Shown one piece after another: positions 11,324 through 24,989 of a DNA stretch of 64,000 bases. The DNA is from Octopus sinensis. Taxonomy: Eukaryota. Positions within the stretch are counted from its first letter, which is position 1. Each line of letters begins with the position of its first letter. A model generated the notes under the pieces. That model worked only from the letters and a program-made list of their open reading frames with translations. It did no database searches and was not told where the DNA came from. The position numbers and the translations under genes were made by a program. The stretch covers positions 32,736,001 to 32,800,000 of the forward strand of contig NC_043017.1 in the NCBI RefSeq assembly GCF_006345805.1, in the 5' to 3' direction.

Positions 11324-11850
11324 CATTTTTAAGCAAGGAAACTCACTTCATTGAAAAAAGTATAAAGCAAAACCTAACCACTTGTAACGTTCTATTCCTT
11401 CTAAACCAAATCATGTTAAATTAGTCATTCCCAACATGTTTGATTATCTCCCTTGTACGGGAAAACATCCCTGATTACCTTCCCCTGCTTGGAACTCCAT
11501 ATTTCACAACATAGCAAAGACATGACACAATGTAGGTAAAGAAATTTGAGAAATTTGAAAAGAAAATTCGAAACCGGTTATATCTCCCAAAACTATGTTA
11601 CTATACACAAAATTTTCTAACATTTTTCTAACATAACGACTTAAATATATTCTTTAACCATATAACACAATCCCTCTGTAGTTTTTTAACTCTTTTTTGT
11701 TTTTTATACATCCAACCACGTGCTTTCACATACCAACTTTCTCACCTATATATATATATATACATATATATATGTATACATATACGTACATAAATATATC
11801 ATAGTGAAAATAATAGAAATGAAACTAATATATATGTGTGTGTGTGTGTG

Positions 11851-12356
11851 TGGAGGCGCAATGGCCCAGTGGCTAGGGCAGCGGACTCATGGTCATAGGA
11901 TCGCAGTTTCAATCCCCAAACCAGGCATTGTCAGTGTTTATTGAGTGAAAACACCTAAAGTTCCACAAGGCTCTGGCAGGGGGTGATGGTGAAACCTGTT
12001 GTACTCTTTTGCCACCACTTTCTCTCACTCTTTCTTCCTGTTTCTATGGAACCTGTATTTCAAAGGGCCAGCCTTGTCACACTGTGTCACGCTGAATCTC
12101 CCCGAGAACTACGTTAAGGGTACACGTGTCTGTGGAGTGCTCAGCCACTTGCACGTTAATAAATGAGCTGCAACATCACAGGTGCCAAGCTGTATTGGCC
12201 TTTGCCTTTCCCTTGGATAACATCGGTGGAGTGGAGAGAGGAGGCTGGTATGCATGGGCGACTGCTGGTCTTCCATAAACAACCTTGCCCAGACTTGTGC
12301 CTCGGAGGGTTACTTTCTAGGTGCAATCCCATGGTCATTCATGACCAAAGGGGGTC
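11851..12356 (+). mobile_element. tRNA-derived SINE (family C), full length
   Basis: GGAGGCGCAATGGCCCAGTGGCTAGG (A box)...GTTTCAATCCC (B box). Related copies lie at ~39690-40077(-), ~55985-56220(-) and ~15400-15490. Confidence 0.8.
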
Positions 12357-13519
12357 ACAAAAAAATATATATGTATGTATAAAGATCTTTTACACATCCT
12401 CTCTACAAATCTATTCACAAGACTTTGGTCAGTGTAAGACCATAAAAGAAGACTTAGATTCTGTGTTCACATTCTACAAAAGTCAATTCAGGCAATCTTC
12501 TTTCAAGAGTTGGGAAAAAAGGAGGAGGAGACATATATGGATAACATAGTTCTGGGTACACTGTGACTAGCAAAAAGACTGGTTGATCACGGCTGGAATG
12601 CCTTCGACCATAGGGAAATGTATCAGAAGAACAGATCTGGAAATAGACAACGCCAATGACAAACTAGTATTGAGGTGTATTTGAAAGCAAAATATCGACA
12701 GACTCAATACTCAGTGTAGTTGGCAGGATATGAACCAGTGACCCCTTGATTAGTTGACTTATTAGGAGATTATTTTAAATGTATGTTTTCCCTTAAATGA
12801 TTACTAAAATATCTATAATGAAAACAATGGAGATAATGATATTAACAGGGATAATAAACTATATTAGACCGTTAATAGTTATTTATGATGTTGGTAATAA
12901 TGATAATAATTATGGTGATGACGATGGTGGTGGTGATAATGACGATGATGATGATGATGATGTGATTGATGGTGGTGGTATGGGAGGTGTTGGCAATGAT
13001 GATGATGATGATGAACCATGAAATAATGCACTTAACAGTCAGGTCAGATAGTAATCTAATCTGAATCGCCAAACACCCTTCCAGATAAACACTTAACTCA
13101 CTTTTGCAACAAGCAGGAAAGAAAAAAATAGAAATATAATCTGAATTTAAGTTTATTTCAGTGTTGTAGTTGATATCCAGAGGAGACACACGGACATAAA
13201 CAGCAAATATACAAAAAAAAAAAGAAAAAATTATGCAATACACAAAGTCAGTGTATTTAGAGGCAAGTGAAATAGGATAATTTGCTGTTTCGAACAGTGG
13301 TCCTTCATCACAACAGAAGAGAAAGGGGAAAGTATGAGAAAAATTAAAGGAAAGAAATAAACAATACTGATTCAAAGATATCTACCCATCCATCCATCCA
13401 TCCATCCATCTATTTTCTTTGCCCACAAATTCTGGGAGGTGGGGTGGAGGGGTAGATTCCTGAGGTACCTCCTCCATAGGGTACTATCAGAAGCAACCAA
13501 ATGAGACAATGGATATTAT

Positions 13520-13930
13520 CCGAGCTGGCAGAACCATTAGCACGCTGGGCGAAATGTTTAGCAGTATTTCGTCTGCTGCTACATTCTGAGTTCAAATTCA
13601 GCCGAGGTCGACTTTGCCTTTCATCCTTTCGGGGTCAATTAAATAAGTACCAGTTACGCACTGGGGTCGATATAAACGACTTAATCCGCCTGTCTGTCCT
13701 TGTTTGTCTCCTCTGTGTTTAGCTCCTTGTGGGTAGTAAAGAAATAGGTATTTTGTCTGTCTTTACGTTCTGAGTTCAAATTCCGCTGAGGTCGACTTTG
13801 CCTTTCGTCCTTTCGGGGTCGATTAGATAAGTACCAGTTACGCACTGGTGTCGATATAATCGACTTAATCCGTCTGTCTGTCCTTGTTTGTCTCTTCTGT
13901 GATTAGCCCCTTGTGGATAGTAAAGAAATA
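13520..13930 (+). mobile_element. Meta-type SINE dimer (family B)
   Basis: Head GAGCTGGCAGAACCATTAGCACGC followed by two tandem core+tail units ending GTAAAGAAATAGG. Confidence 0.88.
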
Positions 13931-14734
13931 GGATATTATCCAGTCATCTCATCTTTGGTTTCCTCCAAGGTCTTCTGCTGGTTAGCCCCGCTTGAAGATT
14001 CTTGTCTTGCAATTGTTTCTTGTGACATACTAACCCCATGTCTGTGGTTCTGGAGCTGTGCTTGCTCAATGCTGGAATGGTAAACAGGAAGCAGTGGTGT
14101 AAAGAAGTTATTCTTAATACAAGAAAGGGAATAATGGTAAGGTATTAAAAGTAGGTTTATGTCAGAATGAGACAAGCAATGAAGAACACACGAGCAATTC
14201 TTATGCCAGTGTGTGAGAGCAAATAGAAAGCTAAGTGTATCTTCTATTTTTTACTTGTCTCAGTCATTAGACTGTGGCCATGCTGGGGTACAACCTTGAA
14301 GTTTTAGTTGAATGAATCGACCTCAGTACTTACCATTTTTTAAGCCTGGTACTAACTATATTTGCCAAACTGCTAAGTCACAGAGATGCAAGCACACCAA
14401 CACTAGCTGTCGAGTTGTAGTGGGAGACACACACATATGAAGGGCTTCTTTCAGTTTCCCTCTACCAAATCTACTTACAAGGTTTTAGTTGGCATGAGGC
14501 TATAGCCCAAGGTCTCACACAGTGGGGCTAAAGCTGGAATCATGTGGTCGGGAAGCGATATTCTAACCACACAGCCATGCCTGTGACTATATAATCAAAG
14601 TTGTGGGTAGCTATGTATGTATGATAACTAGGGCTGTTCTGGAGAACATTTTATGGACATCCAATGCAATAACACTGGATCAATAAGATATGTAGTCTGC
14701 TATTCCTATGTTCTAGAGAGTTCTAATTGGTATA

Positions 14735-14975
14735 CTCTTGCTCTTTTACTCTTTTACTTGTTTCAGTCATTTGACTGCGGCCATGCTGGAGCACCACCTT
14801 TAGCCGAGCATATCGACCCCAGGACTTATTCTTTGTAAGCCCAGTACTTATTCTATCGGTCTCTTTTGCTGAACCGCTAAGTTACGGTGACGTAAACACA
14901 CTAGGATCAGTTGTCAAGTGATGTTGGGGTGACAAACACAAACACATAAACACAAACATATACACACACACACAC

Positions 14976-15007
<32 letters not shown>

Positions 15008-15183
15008 CATACATATATACGACAGGCTTCTTTCAGTTTCCGTCTACCAAATCCACTCACAAGGCTTTGGTCGGCCCGGGGCTATAGCAGAAGACACTTG
15101 CCCAAGATACTACGCAGTGGGAATGAACCCGGAATCATGTGGTTGGTAAGCAAGCTACTTACCACACAGCCACTCCTACGCCA
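14735..15183 (-). mobile_element. CORE-type SINE (family A)
   Basis: Full-length reverse-complement match to family A with an internal (CA)/(TA) microsatellite; a degenerate copy lies at 14248-14583. Confidence 0.9.
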
Positions 15184-16779
15184 TATCCGTATGTTTTCAG
15201 AGAATTATACAAAAACTTGGTACTCCTGTTTCCTTGCTTCCCTGAAAGGAGTGGTTCTCAACCAAGGTCTACATAAGATTTTGTAGTTAAAATTTATCTG
15301 CAAGAAATTGGTTGTAATTTTACAATACACAAAATATTTTAACAATTATTTTCTATAGAATTCCAATATCCAAATATACTCAGAGAGTATATACTCAGAC
15401 CGGGCATTGTGAGCGTTTATTGAGTGAAAACACCTAAAATGGTGGTGAAACCTGTTGTACTCTTTCACCACCACTTTCTTTCACTCACTTACCACACAGC
15501 CACTCCTGCGCCTATCTCATGCATTCTTTAATTTTTCCTTCCAGAATAGTCCCATTTACTTTCATTTGAAATGTTCACTCTTCTATACTGAAAAGCAACA
15601 GCCTCATTTCACTATTTAAGGCATGTTAGACAACTGAATCGACATTGTTTTTCTATTTAACTTTACTATCTTATACGTTCCCTTCTGTCATGATGAAGAG
15701 CTATTGTCCAAAATATTGAACAAGGCTCCTTTATTTTTCTTCACAACACGAGGACATCACACTTTATCAGTCGTTTCTATTTTTGCCTTGTTTTAGCTTG
15801 TGACTCACCTGGATATTAATTTGTTACCTAGATACCATTTATATGACAGTGGCACTTCCAAAATAGAACTCGTAAAGTAAGAATTTAGTCATGTACGCTT
15901 CCTCCACCTCCACCTCCACCTGCTTTTCTACTTTCTCCTCCTGTGCCTGGCCTTTCTTCATTTACAAAAGATGCTCAGAGAAATAATGCTTTTTGTAAAT
16001 TAAAAAAAATAAATAAAACGGATAAGACACACACACATACACACACATTCTCTCTCTCTCTCTTTCTCTCATTCTTTTTCTTTATCTTTTCCTATTTCTC
16101 TTTGTATTTCTCCCTCCATGTCACTCCATGTGCATTACTTTCACCCTCCCTCTATTTCTGCATTTTCTCTCACTCTCTCACCCCCACCCCCCACATATGT
16201 TCTTCACCTTTGTGTCTCCCCCTCTCTCTAAAACACATGCTCTTACTAATATACAGAGAGCAGAATCCAAATATACTCAGAGAGCACAGCACCCTCTGTC
16301 CACCCCCCCACCCCCATCTAGAGAGGAAAAAAAAACCAGTTTGAACAAATGGAACATCAGTCCAGGTTTCCATCTTTACCTGAAGACACTGATAGCTTTT
16401 GATGTATGCAAAGTAAAGGAAAAAAAACCCAATAAAACTGAGAGGATAAACATTCACATATACACATACATCTTGACAGACACATTCACATATATACACA
16501 ATCATTTATTGATATATACACTGATAGACAAAACAACACACATCACAATCCAGATAGCATATTACGTATATGGAACGTCAGAGTGGGGACATACAGTCGC
16601 ATCCATGCATGTAGACATAGCTACACACTCACACACACACACACTTACACACTAAACACTTTATTAAAGAAATGGAACATCAGACCAGGTTTCCAACTTC
16701 ACCTGAAGACATTGATATTCTTCGAAGTATACAAATGATGATAAAGTATACATACCAATATATACAACATCACATACAT

Positions 16780-16877
16780 AGATATATATTATATATATAT
16801 ATATATATATAATTTATACACACAAGGTAGATATAAAGTGTAATCTATAAATATATAACATATAGCACACACAATAA

Positions 16878-16919
<42 letters not shown>

Positions 16920-16947
16920 TAGTGTATACTTATATATATATAGTGTG

Positions 16948-17023
<76 letters not shown>

Positions 17024-17063
17024 GAGTATATTTATATATATATAATATATATAGATATATATC

Positions 17064-17120
<57 letters not shown>

Positions 17121-17233
17121 ATATTATATATATATTTATATGGGTTTGTATATATATATATATATATGTATATAAAGTGTATATTTGTATGTGTGTTGCA
17201 TATATATACACACACACGAAGTTTACATAAAGT

Positions 17234-17280
<47 letters not shown>

Positions 17281-17290
17281 CCTTATATAT
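16780..17290. repeat. Degenerate (TA)n/(CA)n microsatellite block
   Basis: Directly visible; source of the IY-rich ORFs. Confidence 0.95.
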
Positions 17291-17677
17291 ATAGTTATTT
17301 GGTAAGTAGTAAAAAGCAGACACTGTCTGCAAGACCTGATGTTAATCAAGCAGAAACGTAATCACTAATCTTTTTTTTTTTACCTGAGTTTTCCTATGCA
17401 CACACACACACACACTCACACACACACACACACACACACACATATTTGTGTGTGATGGGGTCTTTTTTTTCTCTTTTTTTTTGGTGTGTATTGTACTTAC
17501 TTTTATATATATCTTTTTATGTTGTCATAACTTTTTCTTTTAATGGTTCTTTTTTCTTAAGTTTCTTCTCCCCCCCACAACTTTTACTCTTTTATTCCAT
17601 TATTTCTTTCTTTGTGTCTTTCGAAACTTCTTTCATTTTTCTTTCAATCAAACTCTATTCCAATATTTATTCCCCCG

Positions 17678-17932
17678 TCTCTCTCTCTCTTTCTCTCTCT
17701 CTCTCTGTCTTTCTTCTTATTCTGTTCTCTTACCCTGTCTCATGTCAGCTTTTGTCTTCTACTTCTTCATCACAACATTCTCCCTCTTTCTCTCTCTCTC
17801 TCTCTCTCTCTTCCTCCCTCTCTCTTTCTCTCTCTCTTTCTCTCTCTCTCTTTCTCTCTCTCTCTTTCTCTCTCTCTCTTCTCTCTCTCTCTTTCTCTCT
17901 CTCTCTTCTCTCTCTCTTTCTCTCTCTTTTCT

Positions 17933-17970
<38 letters not shown>

Positions 17971-17988
17971 TCTCTTTCTCTCTATCTT

Positions 17989-18035
<47 letters not shown>

Positions 18036-18146
18036 TGTTATTCTTCTCTCTTATCCTGTCTTATGTGATCTTTCTTTTGCCTTCTACTCCTTCCTCATCA
18101 CAACATTCTCTCTCTTTCTCTCTTTCTCTCTCTCTTTCTCTCTCTT

Positions 18147-18190
<44 letters not shown>
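17678..18190. repeat. (CT)n/(CTTT) polypyrimidine tract with an internally duplicated ~70-bp segment
   Basis: Directly visible; TTCTT.TTATTCT...CATCACAACATTCTC occurs at ~17710-17781 and ~18032-18110. Confidence 0.95.
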
Positions 18191-18194
<4 letters not shown>

Positions 18195-18664
18195 TCAACC
18201 AAAAATCTTTGAAAGAGATTCAACTCCAGTCAACTAATTGAATGATAGAAGTTTGCATGTATGTGTGTGTGTTGTGTACAAAGACAGTGTGTGTGTGTGT
18301 GTGTGTGTGGTGTCTATGTGTGTACATATGTGCATGAAACAGAGAGTAACATAGAGACTGAGAGATAGCGTGTGTGTGTGCATGTGTATGAGTGAGATAG
18401 AATGAGACAGAAAAAGACAAAGACAAAGAGGAAGGGAGAGGAAGGGAAGAAGAAGAAGAGGAGAGTGGGGGCACATTCAAAATATTAAGAAGAGATCAAC
18501 AACCAGACATTCGGTCAGTTGTTTGTTATTGATGTTTATCTTTCCATTTGGATCTAATACTAAGTTCAGTACAACTTAATATTCTAAGGAAAGTTAAATG
18601 GATCTCCACCAGTTGTGATGAGGAGTTTTCACTTGTTCAGTCAACTGAGATTATCTACAGATTG

Positions 18665-19403
18665 TGTAAAAAGATTCAAGCAAGGTCATTGCCAGTACCA
18701 CCTGTGTAAAATGATTCAAGCATGGCCATTGCTAGTACCGCCTGACTGGCCCCCATGCTGGTAGCACGTAAAAAGCACCCTCTACACTCTTGGAGTGGTT
18801 GGTGTTAGGAAGGACATCCAGCTGTAGAAACTCTGCCAGATCAAGATTGGAGCCTGGTGCAGCCATCTGGTTCGCCAGCCCTCAGTCAAAATCGTCCAAC
18901 CCATGCTAGCATGGAAAGCAGATGTTAAACGATGATGATGATGATGATGACGAATTACTGTGGAAGTGGCTGAGTACCTTGGTCTCAGAGTTTGGGGTTC
19001 AACTCCACTGCATGGCACCTCGGACAAGTGTCTACACCAACAGCCCTGGAATGACTAAAGCCTTGAGAGTAAACTTTGTTTTTGTCTTGCAAGTACTTGG
19101 TGACCCTGTTAGTGCAGGTGCCACTTAATGGCACCCAGTCCACGTTGTAAAGCGGTTGCTGTTTCGAAAAGCATCCAGCTGCAAAAACCTTGCCAAAACT
19201 GACCTTGCCTGTGCTTGTGCCATGTAAGAAGCATGTAAAAAGTCCACTCTGCTGAGTGGTTGGTGTTAGGAAGGGCATCCAGCTGTAAAAATCCTGCCAA
19301 AACAGTCACAGAAGTCTGGTACAGGCTTCAGCCTGGCCAGCTCTTGTGGTACCATCCCACCCATGCTAGCATGGAAAGTGGACGTTAAATGATGATGATG
19401 AGT

Positions 19404-19456
<53 letters not shown>

Positions 19457-19568
19457 GCCAGATCTGACTGGCCTGGTGCAGCCTTCGGGCTCCCCAGACC
19501 CCAGTTGAACCGTCCAACCCATGCTAGCATGGAAAGCGGACGTTAAACGATGATGATGATGATGATGA
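18665..19568 (+). mobile_element. Cluster of (GAT)n-tailed SINE-like elements (family D), mixed with a family A-like head
   Basis: GGAGTGGTTGG.GTTAGGAAGG.CATCCAGCTGTA...CCATGCTAGCATGGAAAG.GGACGTTAAA.GATGATG; three 3' ends are present. Confidence 0.8.
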
Positions 19569-20180
19569 TTTTAAATCTCAAAGAACCTAAATGTTATGTA
19601 TAATAGCATATAAATATTGGTCTGAAATTCCATTTTGATAATAATAAGACTTATATCACATTGGCTCAGAAGTTTATAAATTTTTATAATGTCAAAAATA
19701 TTCATACATACATACATGCACACACACGCACACACACACACACATATAACTTTTATCTTCTACTTGTTTCAGTCATCAGACTGTGGCCACGCTGGGGCAC
19801 TGCCTCAAAGAATTTTATTTGAACAAATCAAGCCCAGTACTTTATATTTTTTTAAGCCTGGTATTTATTGTATCACTCTCTTTTGCCAAACTGCTAAGTT
19901 ACAGGGACATAAACACACCAACACCAATTCTCAAGCAATGATAGGGGACAAGCAAAGAAACAAAGACACAAACTAATATATACAGTGTGTGTGTGTGTGT
20001 GTGCATGTGATGGGCTTCTTTTAGTTTCTATCAACCAAATCCACTTTACAAGGCTTTGGTCAGCCTAAGGCTGTAGTAAAAGACACCTGTCCAGTGTGCC
20101 ACATGGCTGGATTGAACTGAGAACCACATGGTTAGGAAGCTACCACAAAGCCGTGCCTGCACCTATGTGTGTGTGTGTGT

Positions 20181-20225
<45 letters not shown>

Positions 20226-20283
20226 CTATGTGGCATTTGTATAAGAATGTCATTCCTTTCCAATATTCTACACAAACATGTAT

Positions 20284-20679
20284 ACTCTTTTACTCTTTTA
20301 CTTGTTTCAGTCATTTGACTGCGGCCATGCTGGAGCACCGCCTTTAGTCAAGCAAATCGACCCCGGGACTTATTCTTTGTACTTATTCTATCGGTCTCTT
20401 TTGCCGAACTGCTAAGTTACAGGGACATAAACACACCAGCATCGGTTGTCAAGCGATGTTGGAGAAACAAACACAAACACAAAAACACACACATACACAT
20501 ATATATACATATATACGACAGGCTTCTTTCAGTTTCCGTCTACCAAATCCACTCACAAAGCATTAGTCAGTCCGAGGCTTTAATAGAAGACACTTGCCCA
20601 AGGTGCCACGCAGTGGGACTGAACCCGGAACCATGTGGCTGGTAGGCAAGCTACTTACCACACAGCCGCTCCTGCGCCT
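20284..20679 (-). mobile_element. CORE-type SINE (family A)
   Basis: Full-length match. The flank sequence CCTTT.CAATATTCTACACAAACATG appears on both sides (20255-20280, 20707-20732). Confidence 0.9.
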
Positions 20680-20940
20680 ATGTGGCATTTGTAAAAGAAT
20701 ATCATTCCTTTGCAATATTCTACACAAACATGGTTTGTGTAGAATATGGTTATGGAGAGATATTACCTTGCTTGAAAACAGGAGAGAGAGTTGGTGACAG
20801 GAAGAGCATCCAACCATAGAAAATCAGCCTCACTGAACCGTCTGACTGATGCAAGTATCAAGACGATGATGATGACGTAATCCTTCAGGAGTAACTTTGT
20901 GATGCAGGTAACAAGGCTGGACCTTTACATTAAAGTAATT

Positions 20941-21117
20941 ATCATCATCATTGTTCGATCGCGGTCGAGACAATGGAATTTACCATGCTACGCCAGACTT
21001 CACGGTCCATCATAGCATTACGGAGGTCCTGTTGCTGGATGCCTGTATCCCTGGAGCTTACATCAGGGTAGGAGAGTGTGCGCCCTCTGGTTTTGCGAGT
21101 AGATGGCTTCCAGAGTA
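20941..21117 (-). mobile_element. RTE-clade LINE 3' fragment
   Basis: Translates LLWKPSTRKTRGRTLSYPDVSSRDTG...AMMDREVWRSMV with a (TGA)n tail; near-identical to 33880-34060. Confidence 0.8.
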
Positions 21118-23009
21118 ATGGCTTAAAGTAATAATTTATTTGGCAGGCTTCCACAAAGTTTCCATCTGTTCAGTTTCACTTTGGAGATATGGTTCAACCC
21201 AAGGCTATGAGAAGAGATACTTGCCCATGACATTAGGCAATGCAATCATGTCCAAGGCGATGTTCTTAAGTATTTGGTTGCCATTGGCTATGATGCCGAG
21301 GGTTTCCGTTATTCCAACTGGAACAAAAAGTCAGCTCATGGAATTGATGTGTAAGTGGCTGAGTACACCACAGACATGCATACTGTTGATGTAGTTCTCA
21401 GGGAGATTCAGCATGACACACAGACTGTGACATGGCTGGCCCCTTTGAATTACAGTTACAACTCGTTTTTGCCAGACGAATGGACAGGAGCAGCGTGAAA
21501 GAAAGAATCTTGCTTAAGACCACAATGCACGGCCAAATACTGTGGCCCCTTAGCCAGGCACATTCCCTCAGGTACACTGCATGCATTTGATACGTGAAGA
21601 AGAGAAACCCGCAGCTTCTTAACAGCACAAATTTTCAAATAAACAACAGCAGAAATACTGGAGTGAATGTACTGGCACCAAACCCTTAAAGGAAGTGCCC
21701 CAGCATGGCCAGAGTCCAGTGGCTGAAACAAGTGAAAGATAAAAGATTGGAATATAACTAATTGACACTCCATTCATTATGACGACGTGGGTTCTAGTTG
21801 ATCTGATCGATGGAACAGCCTGCTCTTGAAATTAACATGCAAGTGGCTGAACGCTTCACAGACATGTGTATTCTTAACATAGTTCTCAGGCGCAGGAGTG
21901 GCTTCTTTCAGTTTCCATCTACTAAATCTACTCACAAGTCATTGGTCGGCCCGGGGCTAAACTAGAAGACATTTGCCCAAGATGCCACGCAGTGGGATTG
22001 AACCCGGAATTATGTGGTTGAACACCCACTACACTCGCGGAGTGGTTGGCGTTAGGAAGGGCATCCAGCCGTAGAAACACTGCCAAATCTGACTGGGCCT
22101 GATGAAGCCTTCCGGCTTCACAGACCCCAGTTAAACCGTCCAACCCATGCTAGCATGGAAAACGGACGCTAAATGATGATGATGATGATGATGATGTAAG
22201 CAAGCAACTTACCACACATCCACTCCTGCGCCTAGATTATCTTTCTCAAAAGTTTGCTACACCAAGGCAGACCTAGGGTTAAGCAACAATAAATTAAAAG
22301 AAACATAAAGAAAAGAATGAAATAATATCCAGAAATTATGATAAAAATAACTAAAACACTACACAAATGTCAACTAATATTTACCTATATTTTATGATAT
22401 CTTTCTTCATAAATAGAAATAAAAGCTCATACAAAATATATTCAGAGGAACGTTTGTGGAAATAAAGAATAATTGCATTTAATCTTTAATATTGCAGACG
22501 TCTATTATTTTCATTTAATGCAAACTGTCTCTGCCCCAAAGTTCTGGGGAAATTTTGCTATTTGAAATAAACAGTTAAAAAATGAAAATTGAGCCAGTTT
22601 GATTGACCAAATTCCATTTCAGTCTCTGGTAGTCTTTGATCTGTAAATCTAAGTTACTTCTTTATTTTTATGCTTCCTCTTAAAAACAATGTGACAGACT
22701 TGTTCAACATTTATTTCTCTAATAGAAGGAAATTTTTACCATTACCGCACATCATATAAATACATGTATTTCTTCAAAATGCATTCTCTATATCGTCTGC
22801 TATGTCTGTGTGTGTGTGTCTGTAGATACACACACACACATATATGTGTGCACACACTGAGTCATTTATACACATGAGATAAAACAGAAAGCTAAGCGAT
22901 ATCACTGGTATTTCTACAGCTGTTTCAACAACATACACAGATGTTTATAAACATGTAATGACTGGTTATTGCATAATAATAACTGTATTTGGCACAATTA
23001 TCTTCAATT

Positions 23010-23845
23010 TTGTATTTGGTTTGCAAGATTCTTTATGTGAATGCATGCATTGATACTATTCTTGTTGTATATCTTTGGTGGGTTATCACACCAATAATAA
23101 CACATGCGCTGGTTTAATATCACTTCCTTATTGTTCATCAGCCATATAAACATCTAATCAACTAATTAATTGATCATTTGTTTAATGAGTTGGTTAAACA
23201 ATCAATTGGTTGTTTAATTGCCAAAATTCTTTCGTTGCTATTTGTGACCTTTTCAAGAACTTGCCCTCTCCCTTCAAGGTCTGCTCTGAGTCTAACCTCT
23301 TCCTTCCACTCCACTTTGAATTGGAACTGTTGGGTGGAAATTCTGAGTTTTAGACATGAGAACACAGTGTTTTTCAGCATCTTGGCTAAAGCTTATCTTA
23401 CTTCAGTTTGCATTTGGCTTGCAAGATACTTGATGTGAATTCATGCATTGAAACAAATCTTGTTATATTTTGGAAGGGTCATCGTGCCAATTTTGATAAA
23501 CACACACCCTGTTTCAATATCATTTCTTTATTGTTAGCCAATTGGTTAATTACCTAACCACCTAATTGGCCAATCATTTGTTTAATTTGCTGTTGAGGAC
23601 AGACTCAGAGCAGACCTTGAAGAGAGAGAGAGGGTTACTAAAAGGTCATGAATAGCAATAACAGGACTTTGACTTACAAACAACCAACTGATTGGTTAAT
23701 CAGCTCATTAAACAAACAACCAATCAATTAGTGAGTTGGTTAAATATTTAACCAATTGATTAACAATAATGAAGTGATATTGAACCAGTGCATGTGTTTG
23801 TTATTAATGGCATGATGACCTTCCCAAGATGCAACATGATTTTCA
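23010..23845. repeat. Three diverged copies of one unit: two direct (23010-23300, 23405-23590) and one inverted (23595-23845)
   Basis: TTTGG.TTGCAAGAT...ATGCATTGA is shared by the direct copies. TTCAAGGTCTGCTCTGAGTCT (~23273) is the reverse complement of AGACTCAGAGCAGACCTTGAA (~23601). Confidence 0.75.
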
Positions 23846-24046
23846 TTTCATCAGAACATTCTTCGAAATATGGAGTTTAACACTGTTATAAATTGAACTC
23901 CAATATCTGTGAGTACTTTTTTTTTGCATGCATTAGTACCTAGTCAGTAGTGTGTGCATGGTTGTTTGTTCAGTTGTCGTTGTTTACAGACACTTTTGAA
24001 ATGTTGCTGTGATGGGGCACTGTCCCTGGGGGCTTTTAGCCAAACA

Positions 24047-24083
<37 letters not shown>

Positions 24084-24989
24084 ATACTTGCTTGGTATTT
24101 TTATTTATTGACTCAGAAAGGATAAAGGCAGCGTTGACCTCTATGGAATTTGAAATGAAATCAAAGAGATCTAGAACCAATATGGCAAATCATATATATT
24201 CTGTGTTGTAAAGAATGTCAACTCATTGAATGTCTTTGATTCTAGATTTGTTTGATGAGGATTGAGCCACAGTTAAAAAAAACAACAACAACAACAACAG
24301 CAGAGCAATGAGAGCGTCAGCTCTTACTTTGTTTTAGCTTCTCCAGGAGGATGAAAGCAAAAGCTGATACTGTTATTTAAAAGTAAAAGCAGAAACCGTT
24401 ATTTAAATTCAGAATGTTGAAAGACCAAAAATAATGATTTACCTTTTTTTGATATCAGTCCACCTGAGACAACTTCTGATTCAATGATACAAGCTTCAAG
24501 TTAAAAGTTGTCTAGAATAAACTTTCCATCAAAATTTCGTGTCAATTTATATTCCAAAAAACCAGTTTCGAAGTCACGAGGTTATTCTATTAACTTCTTT
24601 ATTTTCAAATTAATTGAAATAAAGACAATGTATTTCAACAGAAATATGGTAACAAAAGAATTATTGGATTTGGTTCTGCAATTTAATATTTCTTATGCTC
24701 CAACTCACTTTTGGAATTAAATGAAATTGGTAACCAATGAGGGGTCCCTTATATGGTTAAGCTGTACAATTTGAAGAAAATTTAGCTGCTATTTCTTTGC
24801 ATAATATTACATCACCATTCAAAGTGTGGAATTATGATCTAAACTTCAGCCGATGTTGGCATTGTGTAGAGAACAAGTTCCCTTTGTCAGCCTGTAGTTC
24901 TAGGAGTTAGTCTCACTGCATGGCACCTTGAACAAATGCATTCAGCTACAGCCTTCATTTAACCAAATAGTTTCTAAGTGGACACTCAT

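Noticed and set aside
17446-18241. SL-rich 200+ aa ORFs
   Set aside because: Artefacts of the (CT)n tract.
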